Assembly: GCA_052390515.1 (NCBI GenBank)
Contig: JBQTGV010000094.1
Coordinates: 1 to 28,823 of the forward strand
From: Candidatus Eiseniibacteriota bacterium
Lineage (GTDB): Bacteria; ARS69
Length of the DNA stretch: 28,823 bases
Direction of reading: 5' to 3'
The notes under the pieces are model-generated. The model did no database searches. It worked only from the letters and a program-made list of their open reading frames with translations, and was not told the DNA's origin. This document shows positions 16,398-27,953 of the stretch, piece by piece. The position numbers were made by a program, and so were the translations under genes. The first letter of the stretch is position 1. Each line of letters begins with the position of its first letter.

Positions 16398-17732
16398 CTA
16401 ACCGAACATCCGGCCCACGTCCATCACCGTGACGGACAGCATCAGCAGCACGAGGATGGCGAAGCCGATCTGCTGCAGGATGACGCGTACGCGGATGGAC
16501 GGCGGCCGGCGGGTGACGATCTCCACGAGGTAGAGCGCAAGGTGCCCGCCGTCGAGGACGGGAATGGGCAGCAGGTTGAAGACGGCGAGCTGCGTGGAGA
16601 TGAACGCCAGCAGCGAGAGGAACGAGAGGACGCCCCAGCGGGCCGCTTCGCCGAAGAGCTGGGCCATGCGCACCGGTCCGCCGAGCCCGCCGTCGTCCTC
16701 GCCGCGGAACAGTGCGTTGAATATCATGACGGGAAGCCGCGGGATCAGCTCGAGGACGCCGCGAGTCAGCGTCCACGTCTCGCGGAAGCCACCGGCGAGC
16801 GCCGCGAGCGGCCCGATCGACTTCCGCTCCACGGGCTGCACGATGCCGATTCGCCCGACGACTTTGTTGCCGCCGTCGGCCTCGGCAATCTCCTCGCCCT
16901 CCGGCGTGACGCTGGCGGACTCGGTCACCCCGTCGCGCTCGTAGACGAGAGAGACTTCGCGGTCGGGCCGCTCGGAGACGAGCTCCTGTAGCTCGGACCA
17001 GCGGTCCACGGCTTGGCCGTCCACCGACACGATGCGGTCGCCTTCACGGAGGCCGGCGACCCAGGCGGGGCTGCCCCGCTTCACGCCGCCCACGACCGGC
17101 TCGACGAAGAACGAGATGCCGAAGCCCTCGGGGGCGTTCGCCTCTTCGGCCAGCGCTCCCGCCAGAACGACAGGGCCGCCGTCCCGCATCACCTCGATCT
17201 GCACGCGTCCTCCCGGACCGACCTCGGAGAACCGCGCGTCCGTGTCGAGCCAGTTCTCCACCGGCTTGCCGTTCACCGAGCGGATCACGTCGTCGGCCGC
17301 CAGACCGATCTTGGCTGCGACCGAGCCTTCCTCGACCCCGCCGATGCGCGGCTCGGGGAAGACGCGCTCGCCGTCCGCCCAGATGACCGCGGCGTAGAGC
17401 AAGACCGCGAGCGCGTAGTTCATCGCCGGGCCGGCCAGCACGATGGCGGAACGGACGCCGACGCGCTGGGACAGGAACTCGTCCGGTGCGGCGTCGCGGG
17501 GCTCCTCGGGGTTGTCCCCGGCGAACTTCACGTAGCCGCCGAACGGGATGGCGCAGATCGACCAGCGGGTGTCCCCGCTGGTGCGCCCGAGCAGCTCCGG
17601 CCCGAACCCGATGGAAAAGCGCAGCACGCGCACGCCCGCCCGCCGCGCGACCCAGTAGTGCCCCCACTCGTGCACCAGCACGAGCAGGGACAGCGCGAGG
17701 ACGAAGAAGAGCAGCGGTTCGACGAACGTCAC
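16398..17732 (-). CDS. rseP: RIP metalloprotease RseP
   Basis: HEWGH motif, two PDZ domains, NLLPIPVLDGGH. GTG start overlaps the dxr stop. Confidence 0.95.
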   Translation of the reverse strand: MTFVEPLLFFVLALSLLVLVHEWGHYWVARRAGVRVLRFSIGFGPELLGRTSGDTRWSICAIPFGGYVKFAGDNPEEPRDAAPDEFLSQRVGVRSAIVLAGPAMNYALAVLLYAAVIWADGERVFPEPRIGGVEEGSVAAKIGLAADDVIRSVNGKPVENWLDTDARFSEVGPGGRVQIEVMRDGGPVVLAGALAEEANAPEGFGISFFVEPVVGGVKRGSPAWVAGLREGDRIVSVDGQAVDRWSELQELVSERPDREVSLVYERDGVTESASVTPEGEEIAEADGGNKVVGRIGIVQPVERKSIGPLAALAGGFRETWTLTRGVLELIPRLPVMIFNALFRGEDDGGLGGPVRMAQLFGEAARWGVLSFLSLLAFISTQLAVFNLLPIPVLDGGHLALYLVEIVTRRPPSIRVRVILQQIGFAILVLLMLSVTVMDVGRMFG

Positions 17733-18922
17733 CTGGCACGCCCCGTGGCTCGGGTGGCTCCGATGCGGGCGAGAACGGCCGATCTGGCCCGCTCCCGCGT
17801 GAACCCGTCGACCCGGCCGAGGTTCTCGAGCGTCGCCCGGTCGTTCGCTTCCGCCGTCTCGAGGCACTCCTCGATGACCCCCGGAATCTCGGGGAACAGG
17901 ATCTCGCCGTCCAGGAAGGCCTCCACCGCGACCTCGTTCGCCGCGTTGAGGACCGCAGGGGCCGTCCCCCCGGCCAGCCCGGCCTCGCGCGCGAGCCGCA
18001 GGCAGGGGAAGCGCTGCTCGTCGGGCTCCTCGAACGTGAGCTGCCCGGCGGCCACCGGATCGAACGGGGGCAATCCGCTCGCGAGGCGCTCCGGGAAGGT
18101 CAGCGCGTACTGGATCGGCAGCCGCATGTCCGGCGTCGAGATCTGCGCCATGACGGAGTGATCGACGAACTCGACCATCGAGTGGATCAGCGACTGCGGA
18201 TGCACGACGACCTCGATGCGCTCGTAGGGAACCCCGAAGTACCAGTGCGTCTCCAGCACCTCGAGCCCCTTGTTCATCAGCGTCGCCGAGTCCACGGAGA
18301 TCTTGCGGCCCATGCGCCACGTAGGGTGGTCCAGCGCGTCCTCCGGACGAATGGAGTCGAAGTCGCGGGCGGGCAGGTCACGGAACGGTCCGCCGGAAGC
18401 GGTCAGCAGGATTCGCCGGACCTCGCGGCCGTCGTTCCCCAGGAGGCACTGGTGGATGGCGCTGAGCTCGCTGTCCAGCGGGAACAGACGTGCGCCGGTT
18501 TCCGCGGCGGCAGCCATGACCAGCTCGCCCGCGACGACCAGCGCCTCCTTGTTGGCGATCGCCACCGCCGTGCCGCGCTCGAGCGCGGCGAGCGTGGGGG
18601 CCAGACCCCGGCTTCCCACGAGAGCGTTCACGACGAGATCGACACCGTCCGCTCCGGCGATCTCCCGCGCGGCTTCCCTGCCTGCGACGATGTGCACGCC
18701 GCCGCCCAGGACTTCGCGCAGCCGTGATCCGAACCGTTCGTCGGCCACTCCCACGAGGCGCGGCCGGAACTCCCGCACCTGCTCGACGAGCTCCTGCCAC
18801 CGCGTCCCCGCCACCAGAGCCTCGACCCGGAACCGCTCCGGCCAGCGCCGCACCACGTCGAGCGTGCTGCACCCGATCGACCCGGTGGAGCCGAGGATGG
18901 CCAAGGTCTTGGTGCAGCTCAC
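17729..18922 (-). CDS. dxr: 1-deoxy-D-xylulose-5-phosphate reductoisomerase
   Basis: ILGSTGSIG, ANKE, LTASGGPFR, HPTWRMGRKISVDSATLMNKGLE. Confidence 0.97.
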   Translation of the reverse strand: MSCTKTLAILGSTGSIGCSTLDVVRRWPERFRVEALVAGTRWQELVEQVREFRPRLVGVADERFGSRLREVLGGGVHIVAGREAAREIAGADGVDLVVNALVGSRGLAPTLAALERGTAVAIANKEALVVAGELVMAAAAETGARLFPLDSELSAIHQCLLGNDGREVRRILLTASGGPFRDLPARDFDSIRPEDALDHPTWRMGRKISVDSATLMNKGLEVLETHWYFGVPYERIEVVVHPQSLIHSMVEFVDHSVMAQISTPDMRLPIQYALTFPERLASGLPPFDPVAAGQLTFEEPDEQRFPCLRLAREAGLAGGTAPAVLNAANEVAVEAFLDGEILFPEIPGVIEECLETAEANDRATLENLGRVDGFTRERARSAVLARIGATRATGRAR

Positions 18923-18933
18923 CCGCTCCCCCC

Positions 18934-19776
18934 TCACCGGAACACCACGAAGGTGAGGAAATAGTACGTGACCGGAGCGGAGAATAGCAGACCGTCGAAG
19001 ATGTCCATGACTCCTCCGTGGCCGGGCACGAGCTGCGAGGCGTCCTTCACCGCGGCGTCCCGCTTGAGCAGGGATTCGGCAAGATCCCCGAGCTGCGTGA
19101 AAACGCCCACCAGGGCGCCCAGCACGCCCGTCTCGACGGCGCCGAGGAGCGGCGCCCCGGTGGCGTCGTGAACGAACCACGCCCGGCCGGCGTAGGCCAG
19201 GGCCACCGCGCTGACGAAGCCCGCGGCCGCCCCCTGGACCGACTTCATCGGGCTGACCCGGGGGAACAGCTTGTGCTTCCCGAAGGCCCTGCCGACGAAG
19301 TAGGCCCCGGAGTCGCAGCCCCAGGACATGAGGAAGACGTAGAGCAGGAGGGCCGAGCCGATCGAGTACGGAGCGCCGATCTCGCGGGGCAGCTCCCGCA
19401 GCAGCACGAAGTACGACGTGAGCCAGCCCACGTAGAGCACGCCGAAGAGCGTCGTGGCGATGTCGTGGATCGGGAACGCCACCTTCGCCCGGAACAGCTC
19501 GCGCAGCATGGTCCAGACGACGAACCCGGCGAGCAGGAACCCCACCGGCTCCGTTCCGCGCCAGTAGGTGAGCACGCACAGGATGGAGGCCGCGGCGATG
19601 CCCGTCTTCTTCGAGGGATTCACTCCCTTCGCCTCCATGAGGCGGTAGAACTCCGCGCTCGCCGCGATCAGGATGGCGAGCACGAGGAAGAGGAAGGGAA
19701 GACCGCCGATCCGCGAAAGAATGATCAAGAACGGAATGAAGACGACCGCGGTCGCCACGCGGGGAGCGGTGGCCAC
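18934..19776 (-). CDS. cdsA: Phosphatidate cytidylyltransferase
   Basis: DSGAYFVGRAFGKHKL-PRVSP-KS, GDLAESLLKR...KD...PGHGG. Confidence 0.95.
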   Translation of the reverse strand: MATAPRVATAVVFIPFLIILSRIGGLPFLFLVLAILIAASAEFYRLMEAKGVNPSKKTGIAAASILCVLTYWRGTEPVGFLLAGFVVWTMLRELFRAKVAFPIHDIATTLFGVLYVGWLTSYFVLLRELPREIGAPYSIGSALLLYVFLMSWGCDSGAYFVGRAFGKHKLFPRVSPMKSVQGAAAGFVSAVALAYAGRAWFVHDATGAPLLGAVETGVLGALVGVFTQLGDLAESLLKRDAAVKDASQLVPGHGGVMDIFDGLLFSAPVTYYFLTFVVFR

Positions 19777-19778
19777 GC

Positions 19779-20573
19779 CTACTTGCCGCCGCCGGAGGGC
19801 GCGGGTAGCCCGGCAGGGTCCTTGGGGCTCTCGACGCGACCGAAGCGGCGGTCGCGCTTCTGGTATTCGCGGATGCCGGCGTACAGGTGGCGGCGGCGGA
19901 ACTCCGGCCACGGCACGTCGGTGATCCAGATCTCCGCGTACGCGATCTGCCACAGCAGGAAGTTCGACACGCGGAGTTCGCCGCTCGTGCGGATGAGGAG
20001 ATCCGGATCGGGCAGGTCCCCGGTGTAGAGCCGCCGGGCGAACGCCTCCTCGTCCACGTCGGCGGCCGAGAGCCGCCCCTCGGTCACGTCGTGGACCAGG
20101 CGGCGGGCGGCGTCGACGATCTCCGGCCGACCGCCGTAGGACAGCGCCAGGTTCAGCAGCAGGCCGTCGTTGTGCGCGAGAGCGTTACGGGTCAGGTCGA
20201 TCTGGCGCCGGACGTCGGCGGGAAGGTCGCCCTCCCGGCCGATGGTGCGCAGGCGCACGCGGTTCGCGTCCAGCTCGGCGAGCTCGCGGCGCAGCGTATC
20301 CTTGAGCACCTGCATGAGCCCGTTGACCTCGGCCCGCGGGCGGTTCCAGTTCTCGACCGAGAAGGCGTAGAGGGTGAGGACCTCGATTCCGAGCTCCGCG
20401 CAGCCTCGCACGACCTCTCGGACCGTCTCCACCGCCGCGCGATGTCCGGCGAGACGCGGCAGATGCCGGCGCTTCGCCCACCGGCCGTTGCCGTCCATGA
20501 TGATCGCGACGTGTCGGGGAAGGTCACCGGCGCGCTCGATCTCCGTCTTGAGCTCGAGCTCCTCTTCGGTCAA
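19779..20573 (-). CDS. uppS: Isoprenyl transferase (undecaprenyl diphosphate synthase)
   Basis: HVAIIMDGNGRWA, YAFSVENWNRP, DLLIRTSGELRVSNFLLWQ. Confidence 0.97.
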   Translation of the reverse strand: MTEEELELKTEIERAGDLPRHVAIIMDGNGRWAKRRHLPRLAGHRAAVETVREVVRGCAELGIEVLTLYAFSVENWNRPRAEVNGLMQVLKDTLRRELAELDANRVRLRTIGREGDLPADVRRQIDLTRNALAHNDGLLLNLALSYGGRPEIVDAARRLVHDVTEGRLSAADVDEEAFARRLYTGDLPDPDLLIRTSGELRVSNFLLWQIAYAEIWITDVPWPEFRRRHLYAGIREYQKRDRRFGRVESPKDPAGLPAPSGGGK

Positions 20574-20576
20574 TCG

Positions 20577-22562
<1,986 letters not shown>

Positions 22563-22643
22563 TCCTCTCTCTCCTCGGGCGCACGCTCAGGCGGCGGCCC
22601 GGTCCTGTTCGATGGGGGATCGAGCGTGGAACGGGCCGGCCGC

Positions 22644-23426
22644 TCAGTCCTTCGCCGCCGCCGATGCGGGCTCCGGCCTCATCATCGACTCGGCGCTCTT
22701 GGCAGCTTCCGGCTTCCCGGCCACTTCCTTGCGATCCCGCGCTTTCGCCTGCCCTTCCTTCACCGCCATCCCGATGGCCCCGGTCAGGAGCTGGATGGCG
22801 CGAATGGCGTCGTCGTTCCCGGGAACCGGGTGCGAGATCACTTCCGGGTCGCAGTTCGTGTCGACGATTCCCACGACAGGTAGGCCGAGCTTCTTGGCCT
22901 CGGACACCGCGATCTTCTCCTTCACGGTGTCGACGATGAAGACGACCGCGGGCAGCGTGTCCATCGTCTTGATGCCGTGGAACACCTTCTCGAGCTTGAC
23001 GCGCTCCTTCTCGAGACCGAGGCGCTCCTTCTTGGACACGGAGGCATAAGTGCCGTCTTCCAGCATGCGTTCCAGGTCGCGGAAGCGCTCCAGCGACCGC
23101 TTGATCGTCTGGAAGTTGGTCAGCATGCCACCGAGCCAGCGCTCGTCGACGTAGTGCTGGCCGCAGTCCACCGCCACTTCGCGGACGATGTCCCGGGCCT
23201 GCTTCTTCGTCCCGATGAAGAGGACGCGGCCGCCCCGCGCGACCGTCTCGCGGACCAGCTTGCGGGCCTGCTCGAGGAGAGAAAGGGTCTTCTGGAGGTC
23301 CAGGATGTAGATCCCGTTCCTCTCCATGAAGATGTACTTGCGCATCTTCGGGTTCCAGCGCCGGGTCTGGTGCCCGAAGTGAACGCCCGCTTCCAGCAGG
23401 CTTCGCAGCGTGATCTCGTCGGACAA
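22644..23426 (-). CDS. rpsB: 30S ribosomal protein S2
   Basis: LLEAGVHFGHQTRRWNPKM, PGNDDAIRA; TTG start after GAGGAG. Confidence 0.97.
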   Translation of the reverse strand: MSDEITLRSLLEAGVHFGHQTRRWNPKMRKYIFMERNGIYILDLQKTLSLLEQARKLVRETVARGGRVLFIGTKKQARDIVREVAVDCGQHYVDERWLGGMLTNFQTIKRSLERFRDLERMLEDGTYASVSKKERLGLEKERVKLEKVFHGIKTMDTLPAVVFIVDTVKEKIAVSEAKKLGLPVVGIVDTNCDPEVISHPVPGNDDAIRAIQLLTGAIGMAVKEGQAKARDRKEVAGKPEAAKSAESMMRPEPASAAAKD

Positions 23427-23439
23427 GAATCGGTCTCCT

Positions 23440-23535
23440 CTCGGTTGGGCTTCCGCCACCGTCATCCCGTCGGGAACCGCCCGGCGCCGATCTCGCCCTG
23501 GCGGACCGCCCCTCCGGTCGGGTGGCGTGCAGGTT
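23440..23535 (-). promoter_or_regulatory. Putative rpsB (S2) leader structure
   Basis: Long-range stem CGCCACC...GGTGGCG followed by GAAGCCCAACC just before the RBS. Position and layout match rpsB leaders; not tested against a covariance model. Confidence 0.5.
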
Positions 23536-23543
23536 GTGCGCTT

Positions 23544-23936
23544 CTAGCGCTTGCTGAACTGGAACCGGCGACGAGCGCCGGCCTGTCCGTACTTCTTCCG
23601 TTCCACCATGCGGGAATCGCGGGTGAGGAACCCCGCTCCGCGCAGCGCCCGCTTCGAGCCGCCGTCGGCCATCAGCAGGGCCCGCGCGATTCCGAGCCGG
23701 ATCGCGCCGGCCTGTCCGGTGAGCCCGCCGCCGCGCACGCGAGCGGTCACGTCGTACGTGACGCTCGAGTTGGTGAGCGAGAGGGGCGCCTCGGTCAGGT
23801 CGACGAGGACGTCCCGCCGGAAGTATTCGCGGAATTCGCGCCCGTTCACGGAGCGCTTGCCGGAGCCCGGCGTCAAACGGACCTGCGCCACGGAGGTCTT
23901 GCGGCGCCCCGTAGCGAGAAATTCGGTTCGGGCCAT
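23544..23936 (-). CDS. rpsI: 30S ribosomal protein S9
   Basis: TGRRKTSVA...GGGLTGQAGAIRLGIARAL...ERKKYG...QFSKR. Confidence 0.98.
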   Translation of the reverse strand: MARTEFLATGRRKTSVAQVRLTPGSGKRSVNGREFREYFRRDVLVDLTEAPLSLTNSSVTYDVTARVRGGGLTGQAGAIRLGIARALLMADGGSKRALRGAGFLTRDSRMVERKKYGQAGARRRFQFSKR

Positions 23937-23954
23937 CCTTCTTCTCCTCGGATC

Positions 23955-24410
23955 CTAGACCGCGCGCGGCGGCTGCGAACTCTTCACGACGTAGGGTGCC
24001 GGACTCTGCGCGACGTGCGGATGCTCCGGCCCCGCATAGATCTTCACCTTGGTGATCATCTGGCGCCCTAGCCGACCCTTGGGCAACATCCCCTGGATCG
24101 CGTGGCGAATCACCTCGGTCGGGCGGGCCGCCAGGAAATCTCGGTAGGGCGTCAGTTTCATTCCGCCGGGATACCCCGAGTACCGCCAGCGCATCTTCTG
24201 ATCCAGCTTGCGGCCCGACAGGACGATGCCTTCGGCATTCACCACGATCACGTGGTCGCCACCGTCGAGGTTCGTGCAGTAATTGGGCTTGTGCTTGCCG
24301 CGGAGCAGCCCGGCGACTTCCGCCGCCAGCCGCCCGAGAACCACGCCCTGCCCGTCCACGACGTGCCAGGTGCGGTGGATCTCCGAAATCTTCGTGACGT
24401 GCGTCCTCAC
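23955..24410 (-). CDS. rplM: 50S ribosomal protein L13
   Basis: WHVVDGQGVVLGRLA...LRGKHKP...GMLPKGRLG. Confidence 0.98.
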   Translation of the reverse strand: MRTHVTKISEIHRTWHVVDGQGVVLGRLAAEVAGLLRGKHKPNYCTNLDGGDHVIVVNAEGIVLSGRKLDQKMRWRYSGYPGGMKLTPYRDFLAARPTEVIRHAIQGMLPKGRLGRQMITKVKIYAGPEHPHVAQSPAPYVVKSSQPPRAV

Positions 24411-24516
24411 TTCGCGAACCTCTTCCGGGTGGGAGGTCTCGGTCGGGCTTGGGTCGTTCGACGGCGGAAAGTGTCCCGCAAAGGCGGTGTAGCCTACCAG
24501 CGGGGCCGAGGCTCCG

Positions 24517-25593
24517 TCAAGGATGGGGCCGGGGGAATCCGCCGTCCCCCGCAGTTCCGGCCAGGAGGGCCGCCAGGGAAGCCCGGAAGGGCTGCCGGGC
24601 GATGCCCCGCTCCGTGATGATGGCGGCCACGAGGGCGGCGGGGGTCACGTCGAACGCCGGATTCAGGGCACCGACCCCGGGCGGGGCCACGCGCATCCCC
24701 CGCGGCTCGGTGACCTCCTCTGGGGCCCTCTGCTCGATGGGGATCTCCCGGCCCGAGGCGAGGGAGAGATCCAAGGTGGAGGTGGGGGCCGCAACATAAA
24801 ATGGCACGCCGTGCTCCCGGGCCATCACCGCCAGGGGGTAGGTCCCGATCTTGTTGGCCACGTCGCCGTTCGCGGCGATCCGGTCCGCCCCGACGACGAT
24901 GCAATCCACCCCCCCGCGGGACAGGACCCAGCCGGCGGCGTTGTCGCAGAGGATGGTGACCGGGACGCCCATCCGCTGGCACTCCCAGGCGGTGAGTCGG
25001 GAGCCCTGCAGGAGCGGGCGGGTCTCGTCGGAGAGCACCCGGATGTCCTTCCCCGCCTCGCGGGCGGCGTAGATGACGGCGAGGGCCGTGCCCTTGCCGG
25101 CCGTGGCCAGTGCCCCGGCGTTGCAGTGCGTCAGCACGGTGCCGCTCGCCGGGAGAAGCTCCGCCCCGAACCGGCCGAGTGCCGCGCAGGCTTCCACGTC
25201 CTCGCGGTCGATTCGCCGGGCCTCCTCGAGCAAGGCGGCTCGCTGCTCGGCGACCGGCCGGCCTCGGACCCGGTCCAGAGCCTGCCGCATCCGCTCGACG
25301 CCCCATCCGAGGTTCACCGCCGTCGGCCGCGCGTGGGCGATGCGGTCGAGGTCTGGCAAGAGCTTGGCCCGGAAGGCGTCCGGCGCGGTCTCGGGAAGAA
25401 CGTGCGCGGCGAGCGCCGCAGCGTACGCTCCGGCCACTCCGATCGCCGGGGCTCCGCGGACGGAAAGGCGCTGGATGGCGGCGATCACCTCGTCCGGCGT
25501 CCGGCAGAACAGGTACTCCTCCCGCTCGGGGAGCCGGGTCTGGTCCAGGAGGACGACCGCACCGTCGTCCCATTTGACCGTGAAGAAGCTCAT
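24517..25593 (-). CDS. mtnA: S-methyl-5-thioribose-1-phosphate isomerase
   Basis: LLDQTRLP, VRGAPAIG, RPTAVNL, LTHCNAGALAT, ETRPLLQGSRLTAWE, NKIGTY. Confidence 0.97.
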   Translation of the reverse strand: MSFFTVKWDDGAVVLLDQTRLPEREEYLFCRTPDEVIAAIQRLSVRGAPAIGVAGAYAAALAAHVLPETAPDAFRAKLLPDLDRIAHARPTAVNLGWGVERMRQALDRVRGRPVAEQRAALLEEARRIDREDVEACAALGRFGAELLPASGTVLTHCNAGALATAGKGTALAVIYAAREAGKDIRVLSDETRPLLQGSRLTAWECQRMGVPVTILCDNAAGWVLSRGGVDCIVVGADRIAANGDVANKIGTYPLAVMAREHGVPFYVAAPTSTLDLSLASGREIPIEQRAPEEVTEPRGMRVAPPGVGALNPAFDVTPAALVAAIITERGIARQPFRASLAALLAGTAGDGGFPRPHP

Positions 25594-25670
25594 GGGGCGA
25601 ATCCTACCGGCGATGCGCCGGGCGGACCACGGCCATCCGTTGATCCGCCCGCCCTCCCGTGCGACGCTCC

Positions 25671-25696
25671 GGCACAGTCGCGGTGCCTCCCGCATA
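25671..25696 (+). promoter_or_regulatory. Putative ECF promoter motif B, autoregulatory copy
   Basis: GGCACA-N14-CGCATA; matches 27866-27891. Confidence 0.55.
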
Positions 25697-25711
25697 CCTA
25701 GGAGAGGGCGA

Positions 25712-26296
25712 TTGACCTCGGTGGGGTCCGGGCGGGAGACGCTGTCGGCGGAGGATCTCGCGCGGGTCGCGGCACGGGATCCGGAGGCGCTGGGTCGCTT
25801 CTTCGACGCCTGGGTGGATCGCGTCTTCGCGCTCGCCTACCGGCTGCTGGGCAACCGGACCGCCGCGGAGGACGTGTCGCAGGAGGTGTTCCTCAAGATC
25901 CACCGCGCGATCGACCGCCTGGACCCCCAGCGCGATCCCGGTCCCTGGGTCACGACGATCACCTGCAACGCCTGCCGGGAGTACTGGCGCAGTTCGGCAC
26001 AGCGCGCCGCGAGGAGCTCGGTATCCGTCGACGACCTGGAGGACTGGCAGGATGCGCATCCCCGGAGCGGGGATTCGCCCGAGGAACAGGTGCTCCGCGC
26101 GGAGCGCGAGGCGCGCGTGCAGCGAGCGCTCCTCGAGCTTCCCCCCGAGCTGCGTGAGGTCGTCGTGCTTCACGACTGGCGCGGCATGAAGCACCGGGAG
26201 ATCGCCGAGACCGTCGGCGCGACGCACGACGCCGTTCGCAAGAGGTACTCGCGCGCGCTGGCCGAGCTCGCCCGGCTGCTGAAGGACGACGCATGA
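25712..26296 (+). CDS. ECF sigma-70 factor
   Basis: AAEDVSQEVFLKI...W---I--N-CR; LPPELREVVVLHDWRGMKHREIAETVG. TTG start after AGGAG. Confidence 0.92.
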   Translation: MTSVGSGRETLSAEDLARVAARDPEALGRFFDAWVDRVFALAYRLLGNRTAAEDVSQEVFLKIHRAIDRLDPQRDPGPWVTTITCNACREYWRSSAQRAARSSVSVDDLEDWQDAHPRSGDSPEEQVLRAEREARVQRALLELPPELREVVVLHDWRGMKHREIAETVGATHDAVRKRYSRALAELARLLKDDA

Positions 26297-27102
26297 GCCA
26301 CGATCCGGATCCGACGGCGGCGTACTCGAGCCCCGAGGAGCGGCGCGCCGCGGAGGCGGTGCACGCGCTCGGCGAGGCGCGGATCGATGCCGCGTTCCGG
26401 GCGCGGTTGCGCGGGCACTTCGTCGCCGGATCGTTCGCCGCGGCCACCGAAGAGCCGGTGCGCCGCTCCGCGCCGATCGTCCCCCTCTTCGCCTTCGCCG
26501 CGGCGGCGTCGGCCGCGCTCCTGGTCTGGCTCGGCAGCGCTCCGCCCCGCTGGACCTTCGCCGGGGCTGCGGGCGCGGGCGAGCTGCGCATCGACGGTCG
26601 GGTCGTGGACGCCGCGGATCCCGGCGCGGTGGGCGCGGCGCTCGCGCCGGGCGCCCTGCTCGTCACGTCAGGCAGCCTCGAACTCGACCTCGTCCTGGCC
26701 AATCGACTGACCCTCGAGGTCACCCCCGGAACCGAGCTCACGCTCCCCGACACGCCGCGCCGCTGGTTCGGGGGCCACGCTTCCTGCGAGATCGTCCGCG
26801 GCGACGCACGCTTCGCCACGGGCCGGGAGATGCCCGGGCGCCGGTTCGTCGTGCAGTCACCTCTGGCCGCGATCGAGGTGACCGGAACGAGGTTCGCGGT
26901 GATCGCCGAGCCGGACGGTGCGTGCGTCTGCGTCTGCGTCCTCGACGGCTCGGTGTCGGTGACCGATCCTGACGGAACGACCCACTCCGTGACCGGCGGA
27001 CTCCGGCGTACCCTGTTCCGCGAGGCGGACCCGGACGTGGGCGAGATGCGTGCCGACGAGCGGGTGAAGCTCGCGGAACTGGCGGATCCGGACCTGAACT
27101 GA
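26293..27102 (+). CDS. FecR-domain membrane anti-sigma factor
   Basis: Single TM (LFAFAAAASAALLVWL), then G-ARF...F-VQSP-A-IEVTGTRFAV...VLDGSVSV. ATGA overlap with the sigma gene. Confidence 0.88.
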   Translation: MSHDPDPTAAYSSPEERRAAEAVHALGEARIDAAFRARLRGHFVAGSFAAATEEPVRRSAPIVPLFAFAAAASAALLVWLGSAPPRWTFAGAAGAGELRIDGRVVDAADPGAVGAALAPGALLVTSGSLELDLVLANRLTLEVTPGTELTLPDTPRRWFGGHASCEIVRGDARFATGREMPGRRFVVQSPLAAIEVTGTRFAVIAEPDGACVCVCVLDGSVSVTDPDGTTHSVTGGLRRTLFREADPDVGEMRADERVKLAELADPDLN

Positions 27103-27114
27103 GAGGAGGGCGCG

Positions 27115-27807
27115 GTCTTCTTCCCCATCGGCGACGACAACTCCACCCGGCGCTCTCTGCCCTTCGTCACCTGGACGCTGATCGCGGCGAACGCGGCGGT
27201 CTACGCCTGGCAGGTCGGGCATCCGGAGTTCACGTACGGATACAGCGTCGTCCCGCGGGAGATCACGTCGGGCGAAGACCTGGCCGGCATCGTGCGGCTC
27301 GGCGACGCGGGCTTGCAGCTCTTCCCCGGACCGACGCCGGTCTACTGGACCATCCTCTGGGCGATGTTCATGCACGGCGGCTGGTCGCACATCGGCGGCA
27401 ACATGCTCTACCTGTGGATCTTCGGCGACAACGTCGAGGACCGCATGGGACACGGGAGGTTCCTGGCCTTCTATCTGCTCTGCGGCGTGCTGGCCAGCGC
27501 CGCCCACATCTTCTTCGGCCCGACCTCGGTGATTCCCTCGCTCGGCGCTTCCGGCGCGATCGCCGGCGTGCTGGGCGCATACCTCGTGCTCTTCCCGCGC
27601 CAAGGCGTCCGCGTGCTCACCTACGGCCGGATCACCGAGATGCCCGCGCTGATCGTGATCGGCCTCTGGGGCGTCCTGCAGTTCCTCAACGGGTTCGGCT
27701 CGCTGGCGAACGTCGGGGAGACCGGCGGCGTCGCCTACATGGCGCACGTCGGTGGGTTCGTCGCCGGGCTCGTGCTGGTCTCGCTGTTCCGGAAGCGCGC
27801 CCGCTGA
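27115..27807 (+). CDS. Rhomboid-family intramembrane serine protease (start codon anomalous)
   Basis: FPIGDDN N-terminus, MFMHGGWSHIGGNMLYLWIFGDNVED, GASGA, AHVGG. No ATG/GTG/TTG at the expected start. Confidence 0.9.
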   Translation, partial: VFFPIGDDNSTRRSLPFVTWTLIAANAAVYAWQVGHPEFTYGYSVVPREITSGEDLAGIVRLGDAGLQLFPGPTPVYWTILWAMFMHGGWSHIGGNMLYLWIFGDNVEDRMGHGRFLAFYLLCGVLASAAHIFFGPTSVIPSLGASGAIAGVLGAYLVLFPRQGVRVLTYGRITEMPALIVIGLWGVLQFLNGFGSLANVGETGGVAYMAHVGGFVAGLVLVSLFRKRAR

Positions 27808-27865
27808 GCTGCGGGAGGCGCCCGCTCAACGCGGCGAAGCGTGCCCCGCGTCCGGACCGCGGCGA

Positions 27866-27891
27866 GTCACAGATCTCGGTGTCGGCGCATA
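27866..27891 (+). promoter_or_regulatory. Putative ECF promoter motif B, target copy
   Basis: GTCACA-N14-CGCATA upstream of the spondin-domain gene. Confidence 0.55.
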
Positions 27892-27953
27892 ACCGGTTGC
27901 GACGCGACGGAAGGGATCCGCTCGCGCCCTTCCTCGTGCCGGAGAGATCCATC

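Noticed and set aside
26923-26940. (TGCGTC)x3 giving CVCVCV in the FecR protein, as a possible phase-variation site
   Set aside because: The hexamer is in frame, so it cannot switch expression; most likely minor slippage.
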